Shown here piece by piece: positions 25,540-35,828 of a stretch of DNA of 64,000 nt. The stretch spans positions 73,206 to 137,205 of the forward strand of contig JBAYJA010000001.1 of NCBI GenBank assembly GCA_041665345.1. The letters run 5' to 3'. How positions within the stretch are numbered: the first letter of the stretch is position 1; the number at the start of each line of letters is the position of its first letter. The DNA is from Patescibacteria group bacterium (lineage in GTDB: Bacteria > Patescibacteriota > Patescibacteriia > PEXW01). The notes beneath the pieces were generated by a model, which saw only the letters and a program-made list of their open reading frames with translations, had not been told where the DNA came from and did not search any database. Made by a program: the position numbers and the translations under genes.

Positions 25540-27360
25540 CTAGGGGCTCCACTTCCACACTCGATGCGTTTCCACGTACCACTCGGTAGCGTTGGTGAAA
25601 CGCTGGCCACCCGCAAGAATCGTTGGCGTTTCCAAGGTGGAGATACGCTTCTTGGTTACCAGGTTCGCCAGGGGCTGGTAGAGGAAAATTGCCGGCGCTT
25701 CTCGGCTCACAATGGACTGCACCGTGCTATACGCTTTCGCTCGGTCCGCAGCGGTGACATTTGCTTTCCGTGCGTTGGTGAGTGCCTCATCTAAGTCTTT
25801 GCTGTAGAAACTGGTTAGGTTCAGCCCTGGATCAAAACTTTGTGTGGAATGCCAGAATGGGTAGAGATCCAAACTGCCGTCGTACCGGTCAGCATAGAGG
25901 AGTGCAGAAAAATTTCGTTCTTTCACAATCTCTTTCCCAAGGGTATTGGGGTCAACTACATCCACCGTGGCAACGGCGCCAATATTTTTCCACGCATTGA
26001 CAATGCCATCAGCCGCGGCTTTATATTCCTCAACGTCTGGCACGGTTAGCGCAAAACGGAGCTCAACGTCTTTTTTCTTCCGTACCTCACCCTCCAATTT
26101 CCATCCTGCATCGTCAAGCCGCTTCGCTGCCCCCGCCACATCAGCAGTGCGGACAGCTGGGTTGGGGTCAGCACCCGGCATGCCAAACAGTACTGGCCCA
26201 ACAATGACTTGCGCATTATCCCCCCGGGCAGTTTGCAGTACGGTTTTTGGGTCAACCACATCCCGGAGCGCGGTACGAACGGCTTGCTCGGTGAAAAGCG
26301 CTTTCTTGAGGTTGAAGAAAACAGCAACAACTTGCGGAAGGGGGAGAGGGGTGAAATGTACCCCACGGATTTTTTGGGCTCGGGCAAGCGCATCAGTATT
26401 CACTAGGCGAACCCCGTCCGCCTCACCGTTAGAAAGGACGTCCACCGCACCTTCGCTATCAGCCACGAAGCGAATTTTCAAAGTATGCAGCAACGCTGGG
26501 GTTGCAGCATCGGGAAAGCGTTCCAGTGTTAAACCCCGAATATCACCGCTCAATTCTTTTTTCCGGAATTCTTTAAACTTGAAAGGCCCATTGCCGATAG
26601 GTTTCAGGTTATAATCCGTGGTGCTCATAGAGGCCGGTGGGATGTCCCCCCAAATGTGTGCCGGGAGAATGCCCACAGTCAAGAGTTCGTGCAGTCGTGG
26701 CGATGCGGTTTCCAAGGTGAGGGTGACCGTCCGATCATCAGCTGTCGCAACCTGCATGCCTCGGAAGAGGGTGTACCTTGGGCTGGCCACGTTGGGGTTT
26801 TGGATGGTCTCAATGGTGAAGCGCACGTCATCCGTGGTGAGCGCTGTGCCATCATGCCAGTGGAGATTTTGGCGGAGCAGAATGGTAACCGTCTTTCCAT
26901 CAGGCGCTTCAGTTACTTTTTCGGCGAGATCATTCACGTACTCACCATTCGGGTTCTGCCGAAGCACACCGCTGAAGAGCAACGGTGTAAGCGCCAAATC
27001 GGTGTCGCTGCTTGCTAGTACTGGATTCAAATAGCGTGGTGTACCCATGACTGCCTCGGTGTAGGTGCCGCCAATGGTGGGCTCGGGTATCCAGTGTCGG
27101 TTGATGTAGCGCCCAACTAAAATAGCAGCCGAACCGAAGAGGAAGAGAATAGCAATCCGAAGCACCCACGCTTCTTTGGGCTTGAGGTAGCGGAATAAAT
27201 AGGTGAATTGGCTCCAGGTTGGCAAACGAGAATGGTTCAAGTGCTGTACCAGGGCATGATCCGCGTCAACCGAAACTGCCGGCGCAGGGGTTGCCCGGTT
27301 CCGGAAATGATCCGTAAGATTTTTTCTGACGCGCGACAGCGAAGAGAGGGGATTGCGCAC
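25540..27360 (-). CDS. ABC transporter substrate-binding protein family 5 (peptide/nickel)
   Basis: GGTYTEA, LNPVL, WHDG..LT.DDV.FT, PIGNGPFKF, LDDAGW, FWHS. Confidence 0.9.
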   Translation of the reverse strand: MRNPLSSLSRVRKNLTDHFRNRATPAPAVSVDADHALVQHLNHSRLPTWSQFTYLFRYLKPKEAWVLRIAILFLFGSAAILVGRYINRHWIPEPTIGGTYTEAVMGTPRYLNPVLASSDTDLALTPLLFSGVLRQNPNGEYVNDLAEKVTEAPDGKTVTILLRQNLHWHDGTALTTDDVRFTIETIQNPNVASPRYTLFRGMQVATADDRTVTLTLETASPRLHELLTVGILPAHIWGDIPPASMSTTDYNLKPIGNGPFKFKEFRKKELSGDIRGLTLERFPDAATPALLHTLKIRFVADSEGAVDVLSNGEADGVRLVNTDALARAQKIRGVHFTPLPLPQVVAVFFNLKKALFTEQAVRTALRDVVDPKTVLQTARGDNAQVIVGPVLFGMPGADPNPAVRTADVAGAAKRLDDAGWKLEGEVRKKKDVELRFALTVPDVEEYKAAADGIVNAWKNIGAVATVDVVDPNTLGKEIVKERNFSALLYADRYDGSLDLYPFWHSTQSFDPGLNLTSFYSKDLDEALTNARKANVTAADRAKAYSTVQSIVSREAPAIFLYQPLANLVTKKRISTLETPTILAGGQRFTNATEWYVETHRVWKWSP

Positions 27361-27369
27361 AAATCTACG

Positions 27370-27606
27370 TTAGACCGACTGCGTTCTGAGGATGAGCGTA
27401 GCAATTGCCGCCCCTGCGAAGAGCGTAGCCAGAACAATGGTTGCAATGAAAAGGACACGCTCTGCACCGCGCTTCGTTTGGTACACATTTCCCTCACCAC
27501 CAAAAGCCGCGCCCAGGCCACTGCCCTTGCTTTGGAGGATGATTGTCACAGTGAGGAGAACCGCGGTGACCAGCACCACAATACTCAAGATCTTTTCCCA
27601 ATTCAT
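27370..27606 (-). CDS. secG: Preprotein translocase subunit SecG
   Basis: ILQSKGSGLGAAFGG, TKRGAE, two TM helices. Confidence 0.93.
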   Translation of the reverse strand: MNWEKILSIVVLVTAVLLTVTIILQSKGSGLGAAFGGEGNVYQTKRGAERVLFIATIVLATLFAGAAIATLILRTQSV

Positions 27607-27699
27607 ACGTGGATTTGAGTGTACGAATTTTACCTGTACTTGTCAAGGCGAGCCTATCATCGTACCCTAGAGAGAGAATCGAAACTAAGCCAAAAAGGT

Positions 27700-28782
27700 A
27701 TGTATAAACCCACTGGGTTCATCGCCCTCCCCACCCTGGGTCTGCTCATTCTTGTAGCAGCCGGCATTGCTTTTGCCTCCTGGTGGTTTGCGGGCAGGGA
27801 AGAAGCAGTAGCGCCAACCATTTCCAATTTTACGGAGTGCGCGGCAGCCGGGAATCCAGTGATGGAAAGTTACCCCCGCCAGTGTAATGCGAATGGCCAG
27901 AATTTTGTGGAGGTGATTGTGAATACGAATGCAGTGGTGAATGAGAATGTGCCCGGCGAAGCCGGGTCCGGCTCCGCCGGAAATGTTGGAGTGAACAGTA
28001 ATACCAACGCTGCGACGAACACGAATGTCGCGGTGAATGGAAATACAAATATTGTTGCAGATCCAACCGCGGGGTGGAAGACGTACACGAGTACGACGCA
28101 CGGTTTTTCGCTGAAATACCCAACAACAATGCGTGTCTTGGAAGTGAACGAAACGAATGGGATTATTCTTCGTGTTGGGGTCGCTGGTAGTTCTAATGGA
28201 GATAATATTTTAATTTATAATAAAAGTGCTAATTCTGGTATACCGTATAGTACGGTTAAAACTGGGAATGGTAGAACGTTTGTCATTTCCCATGTTGGAA
28301 CTGAGGCTGATCTAATCCTCTCCACCTTCACTATCCTTGATGCGACTAAAAATTGGAACGAGTTTACAAATAAACCCTGGGGTTTTTCCTTCAAGTACCC
28401 GAAAGAGTGGAAAGTATTGCAAAATTCTATCCAGGCAATTGATACAATGGGGCTGCCGGAAAACGTACTGAAGATCGGGGCAAGTCCACGGCCTATATTC
28501 GTATTGTATGTCGATCCAATGGGTTGGGGGGTTGGAAATGTGCACTATGCAATGACGGTAAAAAAGCAAAACGACAAATTTATCATTGTTGAAGGAAAAC
28601 CTACTGGTGCAAAAACAGGGGAATTTGGGTTAAGTGAATACTATTCAGTAAGTGTCAGGCAAGAAAATGCAGAAAATCCTCGAATATACATTAGCTTTCA
28701 TTCAGCAATAAAAGCTGAAGAATCTGCTGAATTTAATTCCTTGGTAAGACAAATTATTTCAACCTTTACTTTCACAAAGTAA
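27700..28782 (+). CDS. Surface protein with pilin-like N-terminus, Asn-rich linker and PsbP-like repeats
   Basis: GF-hydrophobic N-terminus, NFTECAAAGNPVMESYPRQC, WKTYTS..GFSLKYP, ISTFTFTK. Confidence 0.75.
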   Translation: MYKPTGFIALPTLGLLILVAAGIAFASWWFAGREEAVAPTISNFTECAAAGNPVMESYPRQCNANGQNFVEVIVNTNAVVNENVPGEAGSGSAGNVGVNSNTNAATNTNVAVNGNTNIVADPTAGWKTYTSTTHGFSLKYPTTMRVLEVNETNGIILRVGVAGSSNGDNILIYNKSANSGIPYSTVKTGNGRTFVISHVGTEADLILSTFTILDATKNWNEFTNKPWGFSFKYPKEWKVLQNSIQAIDTMGLPENVLKIGASPRPIFVLYVDPMGWGVGNVHYAMTVKKQNDKFIIVEGKPTGAKTGEFGLSEYYSVSVRQENAENPRIYISFHSAIKAEESAEFNSLVRQIISTFTFTK

Positions 28783-28786
28783 GTAT

Positions 28787-30004
28787 ATGCATAACCACCC
28801 CAAAGGTTTTCTCCCCATCGCGGTGGTCCTGGTTGCAGTTGTTGCCGCACTGGTTGTTGCCGGTGCGTCGTACTGGTACACCAAGGATAAAGCTGAGGAA
28901 GTAGTGAATACCAATACTGCCGTCCTTACCAATACGAACACGGTGAATGAGAATGTGAATGTTGCAGTGAATAGCAACGTCAATGCGACGAACACGAATG
29001 CGGCCGTGAATAACAACACGAATGCCGCTAACGGAACAAGTAAAACGTATACGTCAGCTACACGGGGTATCTCTTTCACCTACGCGCCAACATACGCTGA
29101 CTACAAGATTTTAGTGAAAGAAACTTCAAGTATGCTCTATGTCTACACTGAGGACATGAAACCCGAAGCCGGTCAGTTTGTTCAGTGGTTTACAAAAACA
29201 GCGTCGACCCCACTGAAGTCCGCAATTGAGCAACAGTTTTTGAAAGGCTACTCGTCCGCAGATTGCTTCGTTATCACGCCTGATACATACTCTGCTTCCA
29301 AGATGGGGTCAGGTTGGAACACTGCACGCATTGCGTACCCGCCCGCAGCGGTTAACGCGGAAAATCCATGGGTCGGCGCTGAGAAGTGTCCAAAGGTATA
29401 TACTGCGAGTAATGGTCTAAGTTACTTTGCGGAGGACAAGGATGATCCAACAAAGTTTTTCTTCTTTAGTATTGGGCAGTACATGATCCCCGCTGGGTCC
29501 GCCACGGTTGGTGAAAAAGGCTGGGAGGAAACGGTCACAATTGATCCAACGGTGGGGTGGAAGACGTATACGAATATGTCCTACGGGTACTCAATAAAAT
29601 ACCCAGCTGACTGGATTTTGGATATAGCATCAATTAGCTCTGGGGATTTGTATATTCTCACTAAGGAACGACAAGAAAAGTTAGACGCGAAAAAAATGAT
29701 TAGAGTTATGGACATTGGGGTCAAGGTATACACATCGGCATCAGACTTACCAAACAATTCAGTAAAGAAGCTAGGCTTTGAGGATTGGATTGATCAAGAG
29801 GCTGACTCATATGGTTTTATCAAACGCAAATCGATCACCCTGGATGGGGTTGTAGGCTATCAAGGCGTAGGCTCTGGTGATGGTGCTTCGTACCTAATTT
29901 TTATACAAAAAAGCGGGAGGATATATGAAATCCAGACCGGTGATACGCAATCTCCTTCACAAATTGAGCAGCTGGTGATAAATTCATTTATTTTTACGGA
30001 GTAG
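28787..30004 (+). CDS. Surface protein with pilin-like N-terminus, Asn-rich linker and PsbP-like repeats
   Basis: KGFLPI, NTN/NVN linker, WKTYTNMSYGYSIKYP, INSFIFTE. Confidence 0.75.
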   Translation: MHNHPKGFLPIAVVLVAVVAALVVAGASYWYTKDKAEEVVNTNTAVLTNTNTVNENVNVAVNSNVNATNTNAAVNNNTNAANGTSKTYTSATRGISFTYAPTYADYKILVKETSSMLYVYTEDMKPEAGQFVQWFTKTASTPLKSAIEQQFLKGYSSADCFVITPDTYSASKMGSGWNTARIAYPPAAVNAENPWVGAEKCPKVYTASNGLSYFAEDKDDPTKFFFFSIGQYMIPAGSATVGEKGWEETVTIDPTVGWKTYTNMSYGYSIKYPADWILDIASISSGDLYILTKERQEKLDAKKMIRVMDIGVKVYTSASDLPNNSVKKLGFEDWIDQEADSYGFIKRKSITLDGVVGYQGVGSGDGASYLIFIQKSGRIYEIQTGDTQSPSQIEQLVINSFIFTE

Positions 30005-30202
30005 GCGCTTTCTCCGCTTAGCGTGTAGTCGCACAATCTGAAAGACTCGTTTACCATGCACAGCCATGGCGGGTTTTTTCTTTTTCTCGCGGCGTTTTAC
30101 CTTCAGGTCAAGTTTTCGTTCTTCAAGGGTAGGCATATGCATTATTCCCTAAGCGCAGGCCGCTGTGCCTGCGCGCGGGCAGGGACGCCCGCGCTGGGAA
30201 AA

Positions 30203-32047
30203 TTATAGTTTCTCCCTGATGACTTTGAACAGTGCGGGTCCCACGGCTTGTCGCAACTCCTCATCCGTCGCGCGGCGTACCCCGGCCACCGAACCAAAGG
30301 TTTGCAAAAGTTTTTTCTTCATCACTGGGCCAATACCAGGAATCGTATCCAAGGCTGATTGGATGCTTGCCTTCCGGTGCTTCCCGCGGTACCCGGCAAT
30401 GGTGAAGCGATGGGCTTCGTCGCGGATGCGTTCAATGAGGAACAAGCCGTCGGACGGATTTTGCAAACGGATGGTTGGCGCATCTGGCCGGAAAATCTTT
30501 TCTCGTTCGCCTTGCTGGGGTTCGCGGGCGTGGCCGCCTTTGGCTAGTGCAACGATTGGCACGGTAACGTCTTTTGGAATCACTTTTCGCGCCACGCTCA
30601 GCTGACCTGCGCCGCCATCGAGAATGAGTAAATCAGCCGTAGGCCAGGCAGCTGTAGGCCGTACGTTGAATGTATCTTGCTTATGGCTTACGGCTGTAGA
30701 GCTTATGGCTTCAGCATGTCCAAACCTTCGTTGTAAGACTTCAGCTAACATGGCTGGATCATTCGACCCTTGCACCGTCTTGATGGTGAAGCGGCGGTAG
30801 GCTTTCTTCTCTGGCCGGCCATCCACGAAGACCACCATGCCGCCCACGGCGTGCTCACCTTGGACATTGGCAATGTCGTAGGCCTCAATGCGGTGCGGGA
30901 TTTCTGGTAAGTCCAGAGCCTTTGTCAACTCGCGCAAGCCTTTCAGCAGCCGAGTATCATCTCGTTCAAAGCTGGCTTTCTGTTGGCGTAAAAATTCTTG
31001 GGCATTGAGGTTGCTCACGGCCAAGAGTTTCTTTACCCTGCCGCGCTGGGGGATGAAAGGTTCGGCGCTGGTGACATTGTGGAACGCCTTGGACAGTTTC
31101 AGTGGAAAGGGGAGTGCCAAGCGTGCCGGCGGGTCTGTCACCTGGGTGTAGAATTGTTCCAGGAAACTGGCCAAGACATTTTCCGGTGTTTCATCCAGGA
31201 CATGCTGGAGCAAGACCACCTGCTTATCGATCATTTTCCCATTGCGAATGATCAAGCGATTGGTGGCGGCCAGCCCGCCTTCGGCGGCGTAGCCAATCAC
31301 ATCCACATTTTCTCGGCTCAGCAGAATGGCGTGCTGCCGTTCCATAATCTTGTGGATGGCGCGGAGTCGGTCCCGTGCCAAAGCCGCGCGTTCAAATTGC
31401 TTTGCCGCACTAGCTTTCGTCATCTGGCTTTGAAGTTGCTTTTCAATCTCCTTCGTCTGGCCACCCAAAAAGCGCATGAGCTGTTGAATAACTTCTCGGT
31501 ACCGAGCCTTGCTGGCTTCATTTGTCCCATGCCCCAAGCAGCGGTGGAGGTGGAATTCAAAGCAAGGTTTCTCCGGCGAGTTGGTACAATTTTTGTACGG
31601 GAATACTTTTTTGAGGAGCTTCAGGGTTTCATACACCGCACCCGCAGACATGTATGGCCCGTAGTACCGACTGCCGTCTTTGCTCAACCGGCGTACGGTG
31701 GTGACTGAAGGAAATTGTTCCGCTAAAGCAATTTTAATGTGCAAAAAGTTTTTATCATCCCGCATCACAATGTTGTACGGCGGGTGGAGCTGCTTGATGC
31801 GCGTGGTTTCCAGCATCAGGGCTTCTAATTCGCTGCTGGTCACAATCGTGTCTAGCTTCGCAATCTTGCTCACCATAATCCGTTTTGCCTGCGACAAGCT
31901 GGACTTCTTGCTGAAGTATGAGCCAACCCGTGATTTCAGGCTGGTGGCTTTGCCCACGTATAAAATTTCGCCCTTCTCGTCAGAAAAGGTATAGACGCCG
32001 GGCTTGGCCGGTAGGACTTGCAGTTGGCGTTTCAGAGCAGGGGACAT
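30203..32047 (-). CDS. uvrC: Excinuclease ABC subunit C
   Basis: PGVY..LYVGKA..L.SRV.SYF GIY-YIG, RIEAYDIAN, LDGGAGQL, IRDEAHRF, HhH. Confidence 0.96.
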   Translation of the reverse strand: MSPALKRQLQVLPAKPGVYTFSDEKGEILYVGKATSLKSRVGSYFSKKSSLSQAKRIMVSKIAKLDTIVTSSELEALMLETTRIKQLHPPYNIVMRDDKNFLHIKIALAEQFPSVTTVRRLSKDGSRYYGPYMSAGAVYETLKLLKKVFPYKNCTNSPEKPCFEFHLHRCLGHGTNEASKARYREVIQQLMRFLGGQTKEIEKQLQSQMTKASAAKQFERAALARDRLRAIHKIMERQHAILLSRENVDVIGYAAEGGLAATNRLIIRNGKMIDKQVVLLQHVLDETPENVLASFLEQFYTQVTDPPARLALPFPLKLSKAFHNVTSAEPFIPQRGRVKKLLAVSNLNAQEFLRQQKASFERDDTRLLKGLRELTKALDLPEIPHRIEAYDIANVQGEHAVGGMVVFVDGRPEKKAYRRFTIKTVQGSNDPAMLAEVLQRRFGHAEAISSTAVSHKQDTFNVRPTAAWPTADLLILDGGAGQLSVARKVIPKDVTVPIVALAKGGHAREPQQGEREKIFRPDAPTIRLQNPSDGLFLIERIRDEAHRFTIAGYRGKHRKASIQSALDTIPGIGPVMKKKLLQTFGSVAGVRRATDEELRQAVGPALFKVIREKL

Positions 32048-32073
32048 GAGGGGAGTATAGCAAGCTGCGAAAA

Positions 32074-32178
32074 GGGTTTGGGTGGTGGTGTGGCGGCGAG
32101 TATGGGTATGGTATAAGGTTGGAGGTTTTCCAAATCGCTCCACCCTTTAACCCCACTCGCTGCCACACCTAAACCCCC
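32074..32178. repeat. About 105-bp imperfect palindrome between divergent uvrC and uvrA
   Basis: GGTGTGGCGGCGAGT ... ACTCGCTGCCACACC; motif also at 2173..2193 and 35696..35716. Confidence 0.7.
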
Positions 32179-32274
32179 ACCGCTCCATAGCCCTTGACCT
32201 CCCTTGACACGCCGTGTATACTGCTCCCACTCTGCTGCACCTGTGCAGCGTCGCTCAACCAACCACCCCATTCT

Positions 32275-35145
32275 ATGGCCGATGTCATCAAGATCCGCGG
32301 TGCTCGGGTGCATAATCTAAAGAATGTTTCCCTGGATATCCCACGGAACGCCTTTGTGGTTTTTACCGGTCTATCCGGTTCCGGTAAATCCTCACTGGCG
32401 TTTGACACGATTTACGCCGAAGGCCAGCGCCGGTACGTGGAATCCCTGTCCGCGTACGCGCGGCAGTTCTTGGGGCTCATGGACAAGCCAGATGTAGACC
32501 AAATTGACGGTTTGTCACCCGCAATTTCCATTGACCAAAAATCCACGTCCCACAATCCACGTTCCACCGTGGGCACGGTGACGGAAGTGTACGACTACCT
32601 ACGCCTGCTCTACGCCCGCGTGGGTGTGCCGCACTGTCCTACCTGTGGCCGGAAAGTGCAGCGGCAAACTACGGAGCAAATTCGGAATCAGGTACTGAGC
32701 AGCCCTAAAGGGACGCCCATTCTCGTCTTGGCGCCCATGGTGCGGGACATGAAAGGGGAGCACAAGCACGTGTTTGCGGATGTGCGCAAAGCAGGGTTTG
32801 TCCGCGTGCGTTTGGATAACGTGGTGGTCTCCCTGGATGAGGCTGAGCAGGTTGAACTCAACAAGCACAAGAAGCACAGCATTGAAATTGTCATTGACCG
32901 GCTGACCATTGAGCCCGATATGGACAAGCAGCGGTTAACTGAATCGTTGGAAACTGCTGGACGCTTGGGCAAAGGCTTGATTGTGGTGGCGAAAGGAGCC
33001 CCTGGCACTGATCCAACGAGAAAAGCAAAAGACAGCCTGTTCAGCCAGCACTTCGTCTGCCCGCACGACGGCACCAACCTGCCGCCGGTGGAGCCCCGCA
33101 ATTTTTCTTTCAACAATCCACACGGTGCGTGTGCGGAGTGTACGGGTTTGGGCACGAAGTTGGAAATTGATCCGCAGCTCGTCATCCCAAATCCAAAACT
33201 CTCCATTGCCGAAGGCGCCATTCGCCCGTGGTCCCGTACTGCTTCCAACCAAACCTGGTACACCAGGATTTTGGACGCGGTGCTGGCTAACCTGGGTACC
33301 TCTGGCCGCATTCCGGTGAAAGATCTGCCCAAGAAAGTGCTGGACGTGGTACTGCATGGCGCAGGCGACAAAGAGTTTGACGTGAACAACCCCACCGGCC
33401 AAGGCAAGGTGAAAGCCTTCATGACCACGTATGAAGGAGTTATTCCAAACCTCATGCGCCGGTACCGGGAAACCGATTCAGACTACATCCGTTCGGAAAT
33501 CGAACGCTACATGCGCGTGTGGCCCTGCCCCACCTGCAAAGGCCGCCGCTTGAAGCAAGAAGTGCTGGGCGTGCTCATTCAGGACAAAAATATTTCTGAA
33601 ATCACCTCACTGACTGTAGAAAAAGCCAGCGCCTTCTTCGCGAGCTTAGCCAAGCCCAAAGTGCTCAGCGACCGGGACATGATTATTGCCAAGCAAATTC
33701 TCAAAGAGATTCGCGCGCGCTTGGGTTTCCTGAGCAACGTGGGTTTGGACTACCTCACCCTGGATCGTGCTGCCTCCACCCTCTCCGGTGGGGAAGCACA
33801 GCGCATTCGCTTAGCCACGCAAATTGGGTCGTCCCTGGTGGGGGTGCTGTACATTCTGGATGAGCCATCCATTGGTTTGCACCAGAAGGACAATGCGAAG
33901 CTCATTTCCACTTTGCAGACGTTGCGAGATTTGGGGAACACGGTTTTGGTGGTGGAGCATGATGAAGAAACCATTGAAGCCGCAGACTACGTGGTGGACA
34001 TTGGGCCCGGCGCAGGGGAGCACGGAGGTACCGTGGTCGCTGCTGGGACACCTGCCGAGATTAAGAAGAACAAGCATTCCTTAACCGGGCAGTACCTCTC
34101 GGGCAAGAAATTCATTCCTATTCCCAAGGTGTCCCGGAAAGGGAATGGGAAGTTCATCACCATCAAAGGCGCCAAGGAATTCAACTTGCAAAACCTTACG
34201 GTGCACATCCCACTTGGCACTTTCGTCTGCGTCACGGGTGTGTCTGGTTCTGGGAAGTCAACGCTCATCACCGACATTCTCTCCCGCGCGCTGGGCCAGC
34301 ACTTCTACAATGCCAAAGACATGCCAGGGGCGCACGACACCATCACCGGCATTGATCATTTAGACAAGGTCATTACCATTGACCAGTCACCCATTGGCCG
34401 CACGCCGCGTTCGAATCCAGCCACCTACACGGGCGTGTTCACTCCCATTCGCGATCTGTTCACCCAAATTCCAGAAGCGAAAGTCCGCGGGTTTGGTCCA
34501 GGTCGCTTCTCCTTCAACGTTCCGGGTGGCCGCTGCGAAGCCTGCCAAGGTGACGGCCTGGTGCGCATTGAAATGCACTTCCTGCCAGACGTGTACGTGG
34601 AGTGCGAAGAGTGTCATGGCAAGCGCTACACCAGCCAGGTGCTGGAAATTCTCTACAAGGGCAAGAACATTGCCGACGTGCTGAGCATGACCGTGGAAGA
34701 AGCCTTGCAATTTTTCCGGCACATTCCCGCCATAAAAGGAAAATTGCAGACGCTGATGGAAGTGGGTCTGGGCTATGTGCACCTGGGTCAATCCGCCACT
34801 ACCCTCTCCGGCGGGGAAGCGCAGCGCGTGAAATTGGCCACCGAACTTTCTCGGCGCGCCACCGGGCGGACGCTGTACATTCTGGATGAGCCAACCACTG
34901 GTCTGCACGTGGACGATGTTGCTCGTCTACTCGCTGTATTGAATCAGCTTGTTGAAAAAGGAAATACCGTATTAGTCATTGAGCACAACCTGGACGTCAT
35001 TAAGAGCGCCGACTGGGTTATTGATCTGGGTCCAGGCGGTGGCGACAAAGGCGGCAAGCTCGTCGCCGCAGGCACGCCCCGACAAGTCGCGAAAGTGAAA
35101 GCCAGTGCGACAGCGCAGGCCTTGAAGGCGGTACTGGAGAAGTAA
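32275..35145 (+). CDS. uvrA: Excinuclease ABC subunit A
   Basis: [23 protein letters not shown], two LSGGEAQR signatures, zinc fingers. Confidence 0.98.
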   Translation: MADVIKIRGARVHNLKNVSLDIPRNAFVVFTGLSGSGKSSLAFDTIYAEGQRRYVESLSAYARQFLGLMDKPDVDQIDGLSPAISIDQKSTSHNPRSTVGTVTEVYDYLRLLYARVGVPHCPTCGRKVQRQTTEQIRNQVLSSPKGTPILVLAPMVRDMKGEHKHVFADVRKAGFVRVRLDNVVVSLDEAEQVELNKHKKHSIEIVIDRLTIEPDMDKQRLTESLETAGRLGKGLIVVAKGAPGTDPTRKAKDSLFSQHFVCPHDGTNLPPVEPRNFSFNNPHGACAECTGLGTKLEIDPQLVIPNPKLSIAEGAIRPWSRTASNQTWYTRILDAVLANLGTSGRIPVKDLPKKVLDVVLHGAGDKEFDVNNPTGQGKVKAFMTTYEGVIPNLMRRYRETDSDYIRSEIERYMRVWPCPTCKGRRLKQEVLGVLIQDKNISEITSLTVEKASAFFASLAKPKVLSDRDMIIAKQILKEIRARLGFLSNVGLDYLTLDRAASTLSGGEAQRIRLATQIGSSLVGVLYILDEPSIGLHQKDNAKLISTLQTLRDLGNTVLVVEHDEETIEAADYVVDIGPGAGEHGGTVVAAGTPAEIKKNKHSLTGQYLSGKKFIPIPKVSRKGNGKFITIKGAKEFNLQNLTVHIPLGTFVCVTGVSGSGKSTLITDILSRALGQHFYNAKDMPGAHDTITGIDHLDKVITIDQSPIGRTPRSNPATYTGVFTPIRDLFTQIPEAKVRGFGPGRFSFNVPGGRCEACQGDGLVRIEMHFLPDVYVECEECHGKRYTSQVLEILYKGKNIADVLSMTVEEALQFFRHIPAIKGKLQTLMEVGLGYVHLGQSATTLSGGEAQRVKLATELSRRATGRTLYILDEPTTGLHVDDVARLLAVLNQLVEKGNTVLVIEHNLDVIKSADWVIDLGPGGGDKGGKLVAAGTPRQVAKVKASATAQALKAVLEK

Positions 35146-35191
35146 GTATGTTGTGAAAAAGAAAGCCCCGACCTGGTGAGAGGCCGGGGAC

Positions 35192-35443
35192 TTAGGGCAA
35201 TAGCGCTTTAAGAGCTCGCTTCACTGCGATAGCAGCATTGTAAGGAAAGTGCTTATTTCGCTCTGCTAATTTTCGGTCAATCGCCTCTTGAATGTCTTGG
35301 CGATAGATCTTGAATTTTTTTGAGCCATTAAACGACAAATTTACTGAACTTTTGCTGCACGAGTTCACAACGATGACACATTTTGCCCCCTTATGGTCAA
35401 TAGTTGTTTGCTCACCAGGCTTGACGGTGAGATTGAGGGGCAT
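35192..35443 (-). CDS. Divergent CsrA/RsmA-like small protein
   Basis: LNLTVKPGEQTTI...VIVV...VNLSF.GSK.FKIYRQDI aligns with CsrA LILTRRVGETLMI...VRIGV.APK.VSVHREEI. Confidence 0.6.
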   Translation of the reverse strand: MPLNLTVKPGEQTTIDHKGAKCVIVVNSCSKSSVNLSFNGSKKFKIYRQDIQEAIDRKLAERNKHFPYNAAIAVKRALKALLP

Positions 35444-35545
35444 GTTGTGCCTCCGTTGAAGTAAGAACCAGGTTGGTGTGGATTTTTGGGAAACTTGTTT
35501 GAGTTCGGGGAGTATACCAGGAGTTGGGGGAATGTCAAGGATGCA

Positions 35546-35609
35546 GTTACGAAATACGAATATGGTTACGAATTACGAAATAAAGATACGAAACTACGAA
35601 TGTACGAAT
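35546..35609 (-). repeat. TTCGTA x7 array upstream of the csrA-like promoter
   Basis: 29 bp identical to the efp array; TTGACA-16-TATACT follows on minus strand. Confidence 0.85.
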
Positions 35610-35828
35610 GGGGAGGGAATGGGAATACGGTGTGCAAGATTGTGCAACGTTTCCCTCGCCCTTTGAGGGAGAGGGAACAAGGGAGAGGGGGAGGCGGTTT
35701 GGGTGTGGCGGCGAGTGGGGTTATAGGGTATAGGCGTAGGTTGGTCCAAAGACCATTTTCCAAACCATCTACCCTAACGAGCCTCCATACCCTTCACCCC
35801 TGCCCCTGCTTCAAGGTAGGATACCAGC

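Noticed and set aside
32048-32274. LexA/SOS box between uvrC and uvrA
   Set aside because: No CTGT-N8-ACAG or GAAC-N4-GTTC match was seen; the palindrome there belongs to a dispersed repeat family.
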